A DNA stretch of 64,000 nt, taken from contig DAGG01000013.1 of NCBI GenBank assembly GCA_002498125.1, positions 18,196 through 82,195 of the forward strand, read 5' to 3'. This DNA is from Candidatus Woesearchaeota archaeon UBA525. GTDB lineage: Archaea > Nanobdellota > Nanobdellia > Woesearchaeales > UBA525. The translations under genes and the position numbers were made by a program. Numbering within the stretch: the stretch's first letter is position 1; each line of letters starts with the position of its first letter. Below, piece by piece: positions 27,441 to 36,790 of the stretch. Under the pieces are notes generated by a model. That model saw nothing but the letters and a program-made list of their open reading frames with translations. It searched no databases and was not told where the DNA came from.

Positions 27441-27475
27441 GGATTAAAAACCCCTGCAATCCTCACGGATGCAAC

Positions 27476-27547
27476 GCGTCTGTAGTGCAGTGGTTAACAT
27501 ACGAGCTTCCCAAGCTTGTGACCCGGGTTCGACTCCCGGCAGACGCA
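27476..27547 (+). tRNA. tRNA-Gly (anticodon CCC), CCA not encoded
   Basis: Manual fold: acceptor GCGTCTG/CAGACGC, anticodon arm CGAGC-TTCCCAA-GCTTG, T arm CCGGG-TTCGACT-CCCGG. Confidence 0.75.
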
Positions 27548-27599
27548 TAGCAGCCTCGGCGAAAAAACATATAATCTACACTATCACTCCCCACACCCA

Positions 27600-27860
27600 A
27601 TGGCCACCCACGATCTCGAGACAGTCACAATCCTCACATTCAAAGATGGAGATGAGGAGTTCTCAAGGTCCTACGATAGTCTTCTCAACCTTAAGTCGGG
27701 CGACGTGGTGAATCTCCTCATCGGCGGAGGGAATCCGCCGGTACGCGCCGGCAATTACATCGTCAGGATATCGACCATACACAACCAGATGGGAATCGAC
27801 CTTGAGGAGAAGGGACCTGACGGCCTCTACAAATACTTCGATCTCGAATACATAGGCTGA
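27600..27860 (+). CDS. hypothetical protein (86 aa)
   Basis: ORF only. Confidence 0.3.
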   Translation: MATHDLETVTILTFKDGDEEFSRSYDSLLNLKSGDVVNLLIGGGNPPVRAGNYIVRISTIHNQMGIDLEEKGPDGLYKYFDLEYIG

Positions 27861-27880
27861 CAGCTCCGGCAGACGCATCG

Positions 27881-28072
27881 ATGAAACTCTTCTTGGCACG
27901 ACACGGCGAGACCGACTGGAACCAGCAGAAGATGATCCAGGGACCGAATTCAAGCCACCTCTCAGAGAAAGGAAAGCAACAGGCGAGAGCGCTCAAAGAG
28001 CACCTCTCATCACACCCCGCGAAGATATTTAAACAATCCACGAACCGCCATACTGATGGAGCAGTGGAATGA
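27881..28072 (+). pseudogene. histidine phosphatase (PGM-family) N-terminal fragment, truncated after about 60 aa
   Basis: LARHGETDWN catalytic motif followed by a premature stop. No in-frame continuation of the fold. Confidence 0.4.
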
Positions 28073-28709
28073 GTATATCGGCGACATATGGGCAGATGTC
28101 CTGAAAGGATGCGCACTCCCGGACCGGGGTACGCTTGTAGAGATCGCTCCTGGCGGGACGGACAAGATAGGCCGCGGACTCAAGGCACTCGGATGGCAGG
28201 GAACAATCTACCTCGTAGACCCTCATCGTGAAGCGCTGGAGAAGACGCTACACGCATACAAAGCGCTCCTCCCAGCATCACGCGTCATCGGTATCGCCGC
28301 CCCATGCGACGAAGCGCCGCTTCCACCCCGCATGGACGCGCTCATCTCTAACCACCCGCTTGATGATATGATCATCGGCCACACGCTCGATGCTGACGAA
28401 TTCACTTCTTTCTTCGCAGACCACTACGCGAGCGATCCGGAAACGACGCGGTCGCTCTGGCAGAAGAAATCCGAGCAGATAGGAGCAGCAGTGGAACGCA
28501 CCGTTTCGGAATGGAGCACCCTCATGCCGAGAGCGGCAGTCACAGTCATCGCGCAGTACGAGAGCTCATTCTTCAGACAACATCAAATAGACGCACCAGA
28601 CCGCTACGCAAAAGTTGTGCTCGACAGACTACGGAACATATCCCGCACAGCACTCCCCACCTCAGCTAAGATAGCCGATCCGCAACGATGGCTCATCGCC
28701 CACCAATAA
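28056..28709 (+). CDS. putative class I SAM-dependent methyltransferase-like protein
   Basis: LVEIAPGGTDK motif-I-like and DALISNHPL motif. Weak assignment. Confidence 0.35.
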   Translation: MEQWNEYIGDIWADVLKGCALPDRGTLVEIAPGGTDKIGRGLKALGWQGTIYLVDPHREALEKTLHAYKALLPASRVIGIAAPCDEAPLPPRMDALISNHPLDDMIIGHTLDADEFTSFFADHYASDPETTRSLWQKKSEQIGAAVERTVSEWSTLMPRAAVTVIAQYESSFFRQHQIDAPDRYAKVVLDRLRNISRTALPTSAKIADPQRWLIAHQ

Positions 28710-28728
28710 GAGAATCAAGAAGATAAAA

Positions 28729-29745
28729 TCAGGATTTCTTCAGCACGTACTGCGTGGCGAGCGCGAGGTCACGCGCAGAGCCGCGCTCGTTGTCGTAGCC
28801 GGCGACCACGCAGATGCTATAGAGGCCAGGCATCATCTGGTCGACAGTCGTCTTCTTGAGAGCGACAATGCTATTCTGCATCTCGCCTTGGATGTCATTC
28901 ACGTTCATCTCCTTGCCATTGAACACAGCGAATCTGTCGCTCACCGCCTCTCTGAACCATCCATTCACGATATCCTTCGTGAGATCGCCGTCGTATGATG
29001 CGGTGATGAAAAGATACGCGATGCTGCCGTCGAGGATTGGAACGCGGTTCGAAGTCGCGTTCACCTTTCCCTCGAGCGAAGGGATGAGCTTCACTATCGC
29101 GTTGTTCGCGTTCGTTGAATGCGTCGATGCTTGTTCGAGGACATCAAGCACATTCTGCGATGCCGTGGCGGCGTGGACAGTGAGGAGGTTCAGTTTCCTG
29201 TAGACGAAACCATTCTCCTTTCCTCGCCGCTCAAGAATTTCGAGCGGCATCACCGACGCTTTTGTCGTGCATGACGCATTGGAGATGAGGTGGTGCTTGG
29301 CAGGATCATAGGTCTTGTGATTCATCCCCATGACGAGCGACAGGTCAGCCTCCGCATCATAGGACTGCAGGACCTTCTCTGCGCCGAAATTGAAGAACGC
29401 GTCAGCCAAGCGTACGTCCGGGTTCTTCTTATCGTTCCCGTAAAAGCCAGAGCACTCCACGACGATATCCGCTCCGAGCCAGTTCGAGTTCGGGGCCTTC
29501 TCTGCGGTGACGCGATAGTTCACACCATCGATGCTGATAACATCATCTCGGACTTTCTTGACATCCCATTTGAACCTTCTATGCACGGGATCATTTTTCG
29601 TCAGGCTATGGATGATCGCGTCGATGCCCATAGGATCGTTGAGCCCTACGACATTCACATCGTCATCATGCATGGTGATGAGATCGTACGTGACGAGACG
29701 GCCAATCCTGCCGCCTGCGCCATTGATGGTTATTTCCTTCTCCAT
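28729..29745 (-). CDS. gap: glyceraldehyde-3-phosphate dehydrogenase, type I (bacterial/eukaryotic-type)
   Basis: SNASCTT active-site motif and N-terminal NGAGGRIGR Rossmann motif; 338 aa. Confidence 0.9.
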   Translation of the reverse strand: MEKEITINGAGGRIGRLVTYDLITMHDDDVNVVGLNDPMGIDAIIHSLTKNDPVHRRFKWDVKKVRDDVISIDGVNYRVTAEKAPNSNWLGADIVVECSGFYGNDKKNPDVRLADAFFNFGAEKVLQSYDAEADLSLVMGMNHKTYDPAKHHLISNASCTTKASVMPLEILERRGKENGFVYRKLNLLTVHAATASQNVLDVLEQASTHSTNANNAIVKLIPSLEGKVNATSNRVPILDGSIAYLFITASYDGDLTKDIVNGWFREAVSDRFAVFNGKEMNVNDIQGEMQNSIVALKKTTVDQMMPGLYSICVVAGYDNERGSARDLALATQYVLKKS

Positions 29746-29805
29746 TGCGGTTCCCCCGGCGAAAGCTATACGAGGGGAATCTCGCTTCCTATAAAACGCT
29801 TATCC

Positions 29806-31473
29806 TCACACCCTGAAGAACCCGCCATAACCATGATTGATGACCACAGTCAAGGGCATCTCATAGGCCGTCGGGCCCCAGAACTGCCGCGGGCCCGGGG
29901 ATGCGAACGCATCATCCCTCTTCCACTCGTCGCGGTGCTGCGCGAAATACAGGAAAGCAGGATCGTCGAGCTGCACGAGGCGTTTGCTGATGACAAACTC
30001 ATCTTTGCCATTACGCCGTTCCGCGCCCATGATGCCGACGAGAGGTATGGCGACAGGACTGCCGCCCTCATCATAGTTGGTGAACCCTGCCATGTACCCA
30101 GTTCGGCCGTCGAGCACGAGGGATCCTGCGACAAGGCCGAGGTTGTAACTGAGCATGGCGTCGAAACGCGTGGGCGCGCCGCAACGTCCCTCGTAGCCGA
30201 AGAAGTGCGTCTGCGGTAAAAGCTTGACTTTGCCATCAACGCGCGCAGCGACCATGTCGGCGATGAGCCGTTCCGTAGGGATTTGTGACACCTCAAGGTT
30301 GCCGTGGCTGTCGCGATCGGCGATGAGCATGTCTTGGATGTAGTGCGGTAACTGCCCGAAGAGCAGGTGCTGGACACGACTGATGAAGAACTCACGCCTG
30401 TGATGGCGATCGAGCCCTGCATAGGAGCCGTCAGCCACCATGACACGTTCAATCTCCGCGATGAGGTCAGACACTTCAGGTATAAACTCAAGCAAGCCTT
30501 CCGGTACCACGACGACGCCGTGGTGCATGCCGCGCGATGCGCGGTCAAGAACAGCGTCGGCAATCTCATCGATGATGCTCTGGAGCGAGCGGCGCTGCTC
30601 ACGTACCTCCTCTGAGATGAAGGTGATTGTCGGATGCGTCTGGAGCGCTACCTCGAGCGCGACATGCGAAGCTGTGCGGCCCATGAGCTTGATGAAGTGC
30701 CAGTACTTGCCTGATGACGGCGTGTCCTGGAGTATGTTGCCGACGAGCTCCGCATATATCCGCGTCGCTGTGGAAAAACCGAATGGCAGCGGCAGAAGGC
30801 CGTCCTGCTGCACGTCACCGTCCATGGTCTTCGGCACACCGATGACCTGCACGCCAGTTCCATCTGGTTTGATATTGAAGAGCGCCTCAGCGAGGACTGC
30901 GGCGTTTGTGTTTGAGTCGTCGCCTCCGATAACGACGATGGCGTCGAGCTTGTGCTCGAGACACACTTTACGCAGCGTCGCTACCTGCTCATCGCTCTTG
31001 ATCTTCGTGCGGTCTGTGCCGAGGAGATCGAAGCCGCCGATGTTTCTTACGTGCTCAACCTGTTCGTCCGTTATCTCGAAGAAATCTCCTGCGAGCAGCC
31101 CTTTGGGTCCGCAGCGGACGCCAAGCAATGTGCTACCTGCGAGCGCGTGCTTGAGCCCGACGATGACATTATGCCCTCCTGATGCTGGTCCGCCGGAGAA
31201 GAGCACAGCAACACGCATGGCTTGTGAGGCCTCGTTGAACCCGTCGGCCTTGAGGACGTGCCGCCATGATGCGGCAGTGATCTTAGGGAACTGCCGAGCA
31301 ACTGCACCATCATCACCCGTGTTCAGCTGCGCCTCGTGCTTGAAAATCACGGGCCTGATCCCTGTGGATGATACAAAAGAGGCACATGGTAAAAGCGGTA
31401 GTTTGGGAAGATGCTGCTCGAGCAGCGCTGTGCTGCGCATCACACTCACAGGATTCCCCACCTCCATACTCAT
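29806..31473 (-). CDS. pfp: pyrophosphate-dependent phosphofructokinase (PFP, long form)
   Basis: GGPASGGHNV and PKTMDGD motifs; 555 aa long-type. Confidence 0.85.
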   Translation of the reverse strand: MSMEVGNPVSVMRSTALLEQHLPKLPLLPCASFVSSTGIRPVIFKHEAQLNTGDDGAVARQFPKITAASWRHVLKADGFNEASQAMRVAVLFSGGPASGGHNVIVGLKHALAGSTLLGVRCGPKGLLAGDFFEITDEQVEHVRNIGGFDLLGTDRTKIKSDEQVATLRKVCLEHKLDAIVVIGGDDSNTNAAVLAEALFNIKPDGTGVQVIGVPKTMDGDVQQDGLLPLPFGFSTATRIYAELVGNILQDTPSSGKYWHFIKLMGRTASHVALEVALQTHPTITFISEEVREQRRSLQSIIDEIADAVLDRASRGMHHGVVVVPEGLLEFIPEVSDLIAEIERVMVADGSYAGLDRHHRREFFISRVQHLLFGQLPHYIQDMLIADRDSHGNLEVSQIPTERLIADMVAARVDGKVKLLPQTHFFGYEGRCGAPTRFDAMLSYNLGLVAGSLVLDGRTGYMAGFTNYDEGGSPVAIPLVGIMGAERRNGKDEFVISKRLVQLDDPAFLYFAQHRDEWKRDDAFASPGPRQFWGPTAYEMPLTVVINHGYGGFFRV

Positions 31474-31605
31474 CCCATCGGATAGAGGATTTAAAAATCC
31501 TCCGTCAAGAGGTAATCCTTGACAGAAAGCTTTTAATCACATTGTTGATACAGAAGCTTATTAAGGGGTTTCGGGTCGGAAGGCTTGGAATAGGGGAGGG
31601 TATCA

Positions 31606-33678
31606 ATGCTGTTCACACTCTTGACATTAGTGATTCTCATCAGCCTCCTGTCACTGGTCGTCGCGGGTTATCTCACCTGGGACGTCCTGAGACGGGATAC
31701 CGGTACGCCGGAGATGCGCAATGTGTCTGACGCGATTAAGGAGGGTGCGGAGGCGTTCCTCAAACGCCAGTACAGGACCATCGCTTGGCTGGCCATCATA
31801 GTGGCGGTACTGATTTTCGGCATCTATGCCTACTTCGGCCGCTGGGACTATGCCACGAAGACCGCGATAGCATTCATCATCGGCGCAGTGTCGTCGGCGA
31901 TTGCAGGCATCGCAGGCATGTGGATCTCAGTACGTTCGAACATCAGGACTGCGAGCGCTGCCCGCACGTCACTCGCTGACGCGCTCAAGATAGCGATGCG
32001 CGGCGGAGCAGTATCAGGAATCCTCGTCGTCGCGCTCTCGCTGCTAGGCGTCACAGGCCTGTACTGGGCCTTCGGCAGCAACCCGCAGGAGACGCCCTTC
32101 CTCATCGTCGGCTATGGTTTTGGCGCGAGCTTCGTCGCGCTCTTCGCGCAACTCGGCGGCGGCATCTATACCAAAGCGGCGGATGTCGGAGCAGACCTCG
32201 TCGGCAAGATCGAAGCAGGCATCCCTGAGGATGACCCGCGCAACCCGGCAGTGATTGCCGACCTCGTCGGTGACAATGTCGGCGACTGCGCTGGCCGTGG
32301 CGCTGACCTCTTCGAGTCCACCGCTGCAGAGAACATCGGTGCGATGATCCTCGGTGTCGCACTCTACCCTATATTCGGCATGTACGGCGTGCTGTTCCCG
32401 CTCGTGGCACGCGCCTTCGGTCTAATCGCGAGCATCGCGGGTATCTTCTTCGTGCACATGCGCGATGAGAAGGATGACCCGATGAGCGCGCTCAACCGCG
32501 GCTACTTCGTCGCGAGCATCCTCGCGACCGCAGGGTTCTTCCTCGCGACGTGGCTGCTGCTTCGCCCCGAGGCCTACCCGACCGCATACTTGTGGTACTT
32601 TGGAGCCGGCCTTATCGGCATCGTGACGAGTATCCTGTTCGTGTACATCACGCAGTACTACACAGAGTACAAGTACCGCCCGGTCAAGGAGATCGCTGAG
32701 GCGAGCCGCACCGGTCCCGCGACGAACATCATCGCAGGCTTCGCAGTGGGTCTCGAGAGCACAATCCTACCGGTGATTGTCATCAGCGGTGCGCTGTGGC
32801 TGTCTTATAATTTCGGCATCTGGAGCGGCGTCCCTCTCGGGGGGCTCTACGGTACTGCCATAGCGACAATGGGTATGCTGTCTACTGCAGCATACATCCT
32901 CGCGATGGATACCTTCGGACCGATTACGGATAACGCCGGAGGCATTATCGAGATGAGTAAGTCCGCCGCGAATGTTCGCGAGCGCACTGATCGCCTTGAT
33001 GCTGTCGGCAACACAACCAAGGCGCTCACGAAGGGCTACGCCATCGGCAGCGCAGCACTCGCTGCATTCTTGCTGTTCAGCGCGTACATGGATGAGGTCG
33101 CTCACCTGACCGGCGTGCCGTTCGCGACTGTCGACCTGGCGAAAGTGGATGTGTTCATTGGCGCGCTTCTCGGCGCGACATTGATCTTCCTCTTCACGAG
33201 CCTGGCCATCCGCGCAGTGGGCCAGACTGCCTCGTACATCATCGAGGAGGTGCGCAGGCAGTTCAAGAACAAGGGCATCATGACCGGCAAGGTGAAGCCT
33301 GACTACGCCAGGTGCGTCGATATCACGACGCGCGGAGCGCTCAAGGCCATGATCTTGCCTGGCTTGCTCGCCATTGTGTTCCCGGTCGTCGCCGGCGTCC
33401 TGCTCAAGGCAGAGGCGACCGCCGCCTTCCTCATGGTGGCGACAATCGCAGGCATCCTGCTCGCGATGGTGCTGAACAACAGCGGTGGCGCGTGGGATAA
33501 CGCGAAGAAGTATATCGAGACCGGCGTCGCTGGCGGGAAGGGCTCTGAGTCGCACAAGGCTGCTGTCGTGGGCGATACTGTTGGCGATCCGTTCAAGGAC
33601 ACTGCTGGGCCGAGTTTGCACGTGCTCATCAAGCTGCTCGCGACGATCAGCCTGGTGCTCGCGCCGCTCTTTATCTGA
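31606..33678 (+). CDS. hppA: membrane-bound proton/sodium-translocating pyrophosphatase (V-PPase)
   Basis: 690 aa polytopic protein with GGG/DNVGDN/DxxGN motifs. Confidence 0.9.
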   Translation: MLFTLLTLVILISLLSLVVAGYLTWDVLRRDTGTPEMRNVSDAIKEGAEAFLKRQYRTIAWLAIIVAVLIFGIYAYFGRWDYATKTAIAFIIGAVSSAIAGIAGMWISVRSNIRTASAARTSLADALKIAMRGGAVSGILVVALSLLGVTGLYWAFGSNPQETPFLIVGYGFGASFVALFAQLGGGIYTKAADVGADLVGKIEAGIPEDDPRNPAVIADLVGDNVGDCAGRGADLFESTAAENIGAMILGVALYPIFGMYGVLFPLVARAFGLIASIAGIFFVHMRDEKDDPMSALNRGYFVASILATAGFFLATWLLLRPEAYPTAYLWYFGAGLIGIVTSILFVYITQYYTEYKYRPVKEIAEASRTGPATNIIAGFAVGLESTILPVIVISGALWLSYNFGIWSGVPLGGLYGTAIATMGMLSTAAYILAMDTFGPITDNAGGIIEMSKSAANVRERTDRLDAVGNTTKALTKGYAIGSAALAAFLLFSAYMDEVAHLTGVPFATVDLAKVDVFIGALLGATLIFLFTSLAIRAVGQTASYIIEEVRRQFKNKGIMTGKVKPDYARCVDITTRGALKAMILPGLLAIVFPVVAGVLLKAEATAAFLMVATIAGILLAMVLNNSGGAWDNAKKYIETGVAGGKGSESHKAAVVGDTVGDPFKDTAGPSLHVLIKLLATISLVLAPLFI

Positions 33679-33684
33679 TCCTTT

Positions 33685-33705
33685 TTTACTTTTCTATCTT
33701 CTTCT
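33685..33705 (+). terminator. oligo-T terminator after hppA
   Basis: ccTTTTTTacTTTTc immediately after the stop. Confidence 0.4.
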
Positions 33706-33886
33706 GTTGCTGCGGCGTTCATACTCTCGAGGAGTTTCGCGCCTCATACAGTGACTTTGCTAGCGCTCGTCACACTCGGCGCTCAGGATGCACGCCAAGG
33801 CAGTCGGTGTCCGTTAGGAGACCGACTAAGGAACGATAGTGACTGCAGCGAAATAGGAACTTCCTCGATGTGATTGAGAATATGCC

Positions 33887-34078
33887 CTAAGCGTCCTTCA
33901 ATAGCTCTATGACCTTGTCGCATTCCTGGTCGATGAGGGTGTAGGCTTGCTCGAGGTCCTTGTCCTTGAGCGTTCCGTCGTGGATGAGCTGCGTGAGGTT
34001 CTTCACCACCATCATGCTGCCCCGCAGGTCGTGCACGAGCTTCCGGTCTTCGATATTCGCCATTGTATGATTCAACAT
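33887..34078 (-). pseudogene. HisKA (H-box) dimerisation/phosphoacceptor fragment of a histidine kinase, 63 aa, no ATPase domain
   Basis: LVHDLRGSMMVVKNL H-box. There is no room for a HATPase_c domain before the hppA terminator. Confidence 0.35.
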
Positions 34079-34162
34079 CCCGTTTAATACCTGAGGAATT
34101 GTTGCTATGGTCCAGGAGTAAAAATACCAACTATTAAAAATTACCCTTTATACCCCTCCTTT

Positions 34163-34534
34163 ATGAACGATCGCCCAAAGACCATCCTCATTGTCGACGA
34201 CGCGCCCGGTGTGCGCCTGATGCTCCGCTCCTACCTCGAGCCCGAAGGGTACGATATCCTCCAGGCAGATTCTGCTGAGACTGCGCTTCGCCTGAGCAAG
34301 GAGCAGCGCGTGGACCTCATTATCCTCGATATCATGCTTCCTGGCGGCCAGATGGGGACTGACGTCCTGCAGAAGCTGCGTAAGAAGAGCAGCACCGCAA
34401 GCATCCCGATCATCGCGATCAGCGGACTCTCGGCATACCAGGACGGACTGCAGACAATCGACCCGAACATCGCGTTCCTGCCTAAGCCGTTCGACAAGCA
34501 GACCTTCATGAGCGTGTTTGACTCGCTTATCTGA
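34163..34534 (+). CDS. response regulator receiver domain protein (CheY-like, stand-alone)
   Basis: ILIVDD...D...LIILDIMLP...K pattern; 123 aa. Confidence 0.75.
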   Translation: MNDRPKTILIVDDAPGVRLMLRSYLEPEGYDILQADSAETALRLSKEQRVDLIILDIMLPGGQMGTDVLQKLRKKSSTASIPIIAISGLSAYQDGLQTIDPNIAFLPKPFDKQTFMSVFDSLI

Positions 34535-34621
34535 TCCTCTTCTTCACAGTTCATATCATCTTGACTCTCTCAGTTCTGCAAGCAACGTTTATAAACAGCG
34601 AGCGGTCTCAGCGAAACCCCG

Positions 34622-35167
34622 ATGGAAAACTACTGGCACACAATCCCCACGAGCGAGAAAACTATCGCAGAGCAAATCAATGCGGTCATCGAGATCCCGA
34701 AGGGCTCGCAGAACAAGTTCGAGTACGACAAGGACTACGGCATCATCAGACTTGACCGCGTCCTGTTCACAAGCACGCACTACCCCGCCAACTACGGCTT
34801 CATTCCGCAGACATACGCTGATGACGACGACCCGCTCGACATCCTCGTGCTATGCACGCAGCCAATGGTCCCGGGAGTGCTCATGCGCGCGAGGGCAATC
34901 GGAGTGTTCATCATGGTGGATGGAGATAGCTTCGATGAGAAGATCATGGCGGTGAGTGACGACGACCCGACATACAAAGGCATCACACACATCGATCAGC
35001 TCCCCAAGCACATCATCGAGGAGATGACACACTTCTTCGAGGTCTACAAGGAGCTCGAGGGCAAGAAGACAAAAGTCATGAAGTTCAAGAACGCGCCAGA
35101 AGCCCTTAAGGTCATCGAGAAATGCCAGGCAGCGTACAAAGAGAAGTTCAAGAACATCAAGGAGTGA
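34622..35167 (+). CDS. ppa: inorganic pyrophosphatase, family I (soluble)
   Basis: DPLDILVL and DGD motifs; 181 aa. Confidence 0.9.
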   Translation: MENYWHTIPTSEKTIAEQINAVIEIPKGSQNKFEYDKDYGIIRLDRVLFTSTHYPANYGFIPQTYADDDDPLDILVLCTQPMVPGVLMRARAIGVFIMVDGDSFDEKIMAVSDDDPTYKGITHIDQLPKHIIEEMTHFFEVYKELEGKKTKVMKFKNAPEALKVIEKCQAAYKEKFKNIKE

Positions 35168-35198
35168 AGTTTAAAACCCTACAACCCCTCTTCCTACG

Positions 35199-35816
35199 AT
35201 GCGCATCGACTATTGGATCAACGCGGAGTACCTCGATGAGACTAATATACTGAAACTACGCGCTCAGTACGCGGGGGCGAAACCGTTCCCGCACATCGCA
35301 ATCAAGGGATTCCTCAGGCCCACAAAGGCTCGCGAACTCGAACGGGCGCTACGCAAGCAGCAATTCTCACGAAAGGAAGCCGATCTCTTCAGCTTCAGCC
35401 AGAGCGCTGACCTGCACGCACTCAGAGACAAGACGCTCAAGGAGTTCCTCGCAGTCCTGCAAAGCGTTGAGGTCACACATATCGTCCGGTCCATAACCGG
35501 CGCGAAGATAACGCAAGGAAAAGCCGACGCATCCGCATTCATCTATGGCCCCGGCGACCACCTGCTCTGCCATGATGACGGTGTGAGCAGCCGCCGGGTA
35601 GCGTATATCCTCAACCTGAGTACGTTGAACGCAATCAATGGAGGAGCGCTCACTCTCTTCGCGAGCAAAGCCAATCGTCCGACGAGTATCGCGAAGCGCA
35701 TCCGGCCGCAGAGGAACTCGCTCGTGCTCTTCGGCGTCACGCGTCGCTCGCACCACATGGTCGAAGAAGTGTTAAGCGGAGAACGTCTCACTGCGACAGG
35801 GTGGTTCCATGGATGA
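35199..35816 (+). CDS. 2OG-Fe(II) oxygenase (prolyl-hydroxylase-like)
   Basis: HxD in LCHDDG and second His in SHHMVEE; conserved RxS region. Confidence 0.55.
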   Translation: MRIDYWINAEYLDETNILKLRAQYAGAKPFPHIAIKGFLRPTKARELERALRKQQFSRKEADLFSFSQSADLHALRDKTLKEFLAVLQSVEVTHIVRSITGAKITQGKADASAFIYGPGDHLLCHDDGVSSRRVAYILNLSTLNAINGGALTLFASKANRPTSIAKRIRPQRNSLVLFGVTRRSHHMVEEVLSGERLTATGWFHG

Positions 35817-36336
35817 ACGCATCAACTCGTTCTATTCAAGGCCTGAAATCCTGAACGCAATCAAGAAATCGTGGAAAGTCGACCGCAGCGTCGCGCTCGC
35901 GGGATTCCTGACTGAGAGGGGACTCAAGGCACCTGGAGAGATGGATAATTGGCGACATATCATCATCCCGGACAAGTTCAGCTTCGAAGGCCACCTGCGT
36001 ATTCCTGAACAGAGAATGTTAAGCGCATTCGCCAAGACCATAACGGGCCAGACACCGGTGCGCGACTGCGCGAAGCGCTTCAAGCACGGCAACTACACCA
36101 TCCTTCATGACAAGGACGTGCAGAAACCCGGCATCGTCGCGCTCCTCTTCCTCGACGACTGGGACGAGTCATGGGGCGGCTATGTCGCGTTCATGAAAGA
36201 TGGCGAAACCCTCTACAGATTCACTCCGCGTAGGAACACATTCCTCATAGTCGAACGCAAGAAAGGCGTGCGCTACTTCGTCAAGTACATTAATCACCGC
36301 GCAGGGAAACGAAGACTCCGAATAGTATCGGCCTAA
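35809..36336 (+). CDS. 2OG-Fe(II) oxygenase-like paralogue lacking the second metal-binding His (probably non-catalytic)
   Basis: Aligns to the upstream gene (ILHDKD vs LCHDDG), but the second His position is occupied by Val/Arg. Confidence 0.4.
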   Translation: MDERINSFYSRPEILNAIKKSWKVDRSVALAGFLTERGLKAPGEMDNWRHIIIPDKFSFEGHLRIPEQRMLSAFAKTITGQTPVRDCAKRFKHGNYTILHDKDVQKPGIVALLFLDDWDESWGGYVAFMKDGETLYRFTPRRNTFLIVERKKGVRYFVKYINHRAGKRRLRIVSA

Positions 36337-36354
36337 GAAAAAGCTATATGATTC

Positions 36355-36759
36355 CTAAAGTTCCCTGCTGACGTACTCCAGAAGGGAATGAAACCGTACA
36401 TTGTCCTCGAGCGTGGGAGTCCTACCATCTTCAGCGTCCGCGAAACGCAGCAACTTCTCGCCCCCGCGGTACGGAGTGGAAAGGTTCACTCCCTGCAAGA
36501 AGACCTCATCGAGCAGCTTACCGAAACTGCGGTACCCTGTACGGATACCGAGGAATCCCGAATCAGCGGATGTTGGAGAGTAACGGAAATCACCGAAGTG
36601 CTCAGCTATCGTCAAGCAAACGAATTCTCGATCGCTGAACTGAATGTTAAGCGTGCACAACGGAAGAATATAAGTGTCCACGTTATCATCACTTGAACGA
36701 GGCTTCGTCACCTTAACCTTATCCAGGATATTCTCAATCTTCTCTGAGAGGTTTGACAT
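36355..36759 (-). CDS. hypothetical protein (134 aa)
   Basis: ORF only. Confidence 0.3.
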   Translation of the reverse strand: MSNLSEKIENILDKVKVTKPRSSDDNVDTYILPLCTLNIQFSDREFVCLTIAEHFGDFRYSPTSADSGFLGIRTGYRSFGKLLDEVFLQGVNLSTPYRGGEKLLRFADAEDGRTPTLEDNVRFHSLLEYVSREL

Positions 36760-36790
36760 AGAGAGAGGAGTCTAGGCGCAGTATAAATGT

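Noticed and set aside
29290-31522. Plus-strand ORFs of 309 and 360 aa
   Set aside because: They are antisense to gap and pfp, both of which have diagnostic active-site motifs.
32767-33722. Minus-strand ORFs (284 and 139 aa) inside hppA
   Set aside because: They are antisense to the V-PPase.
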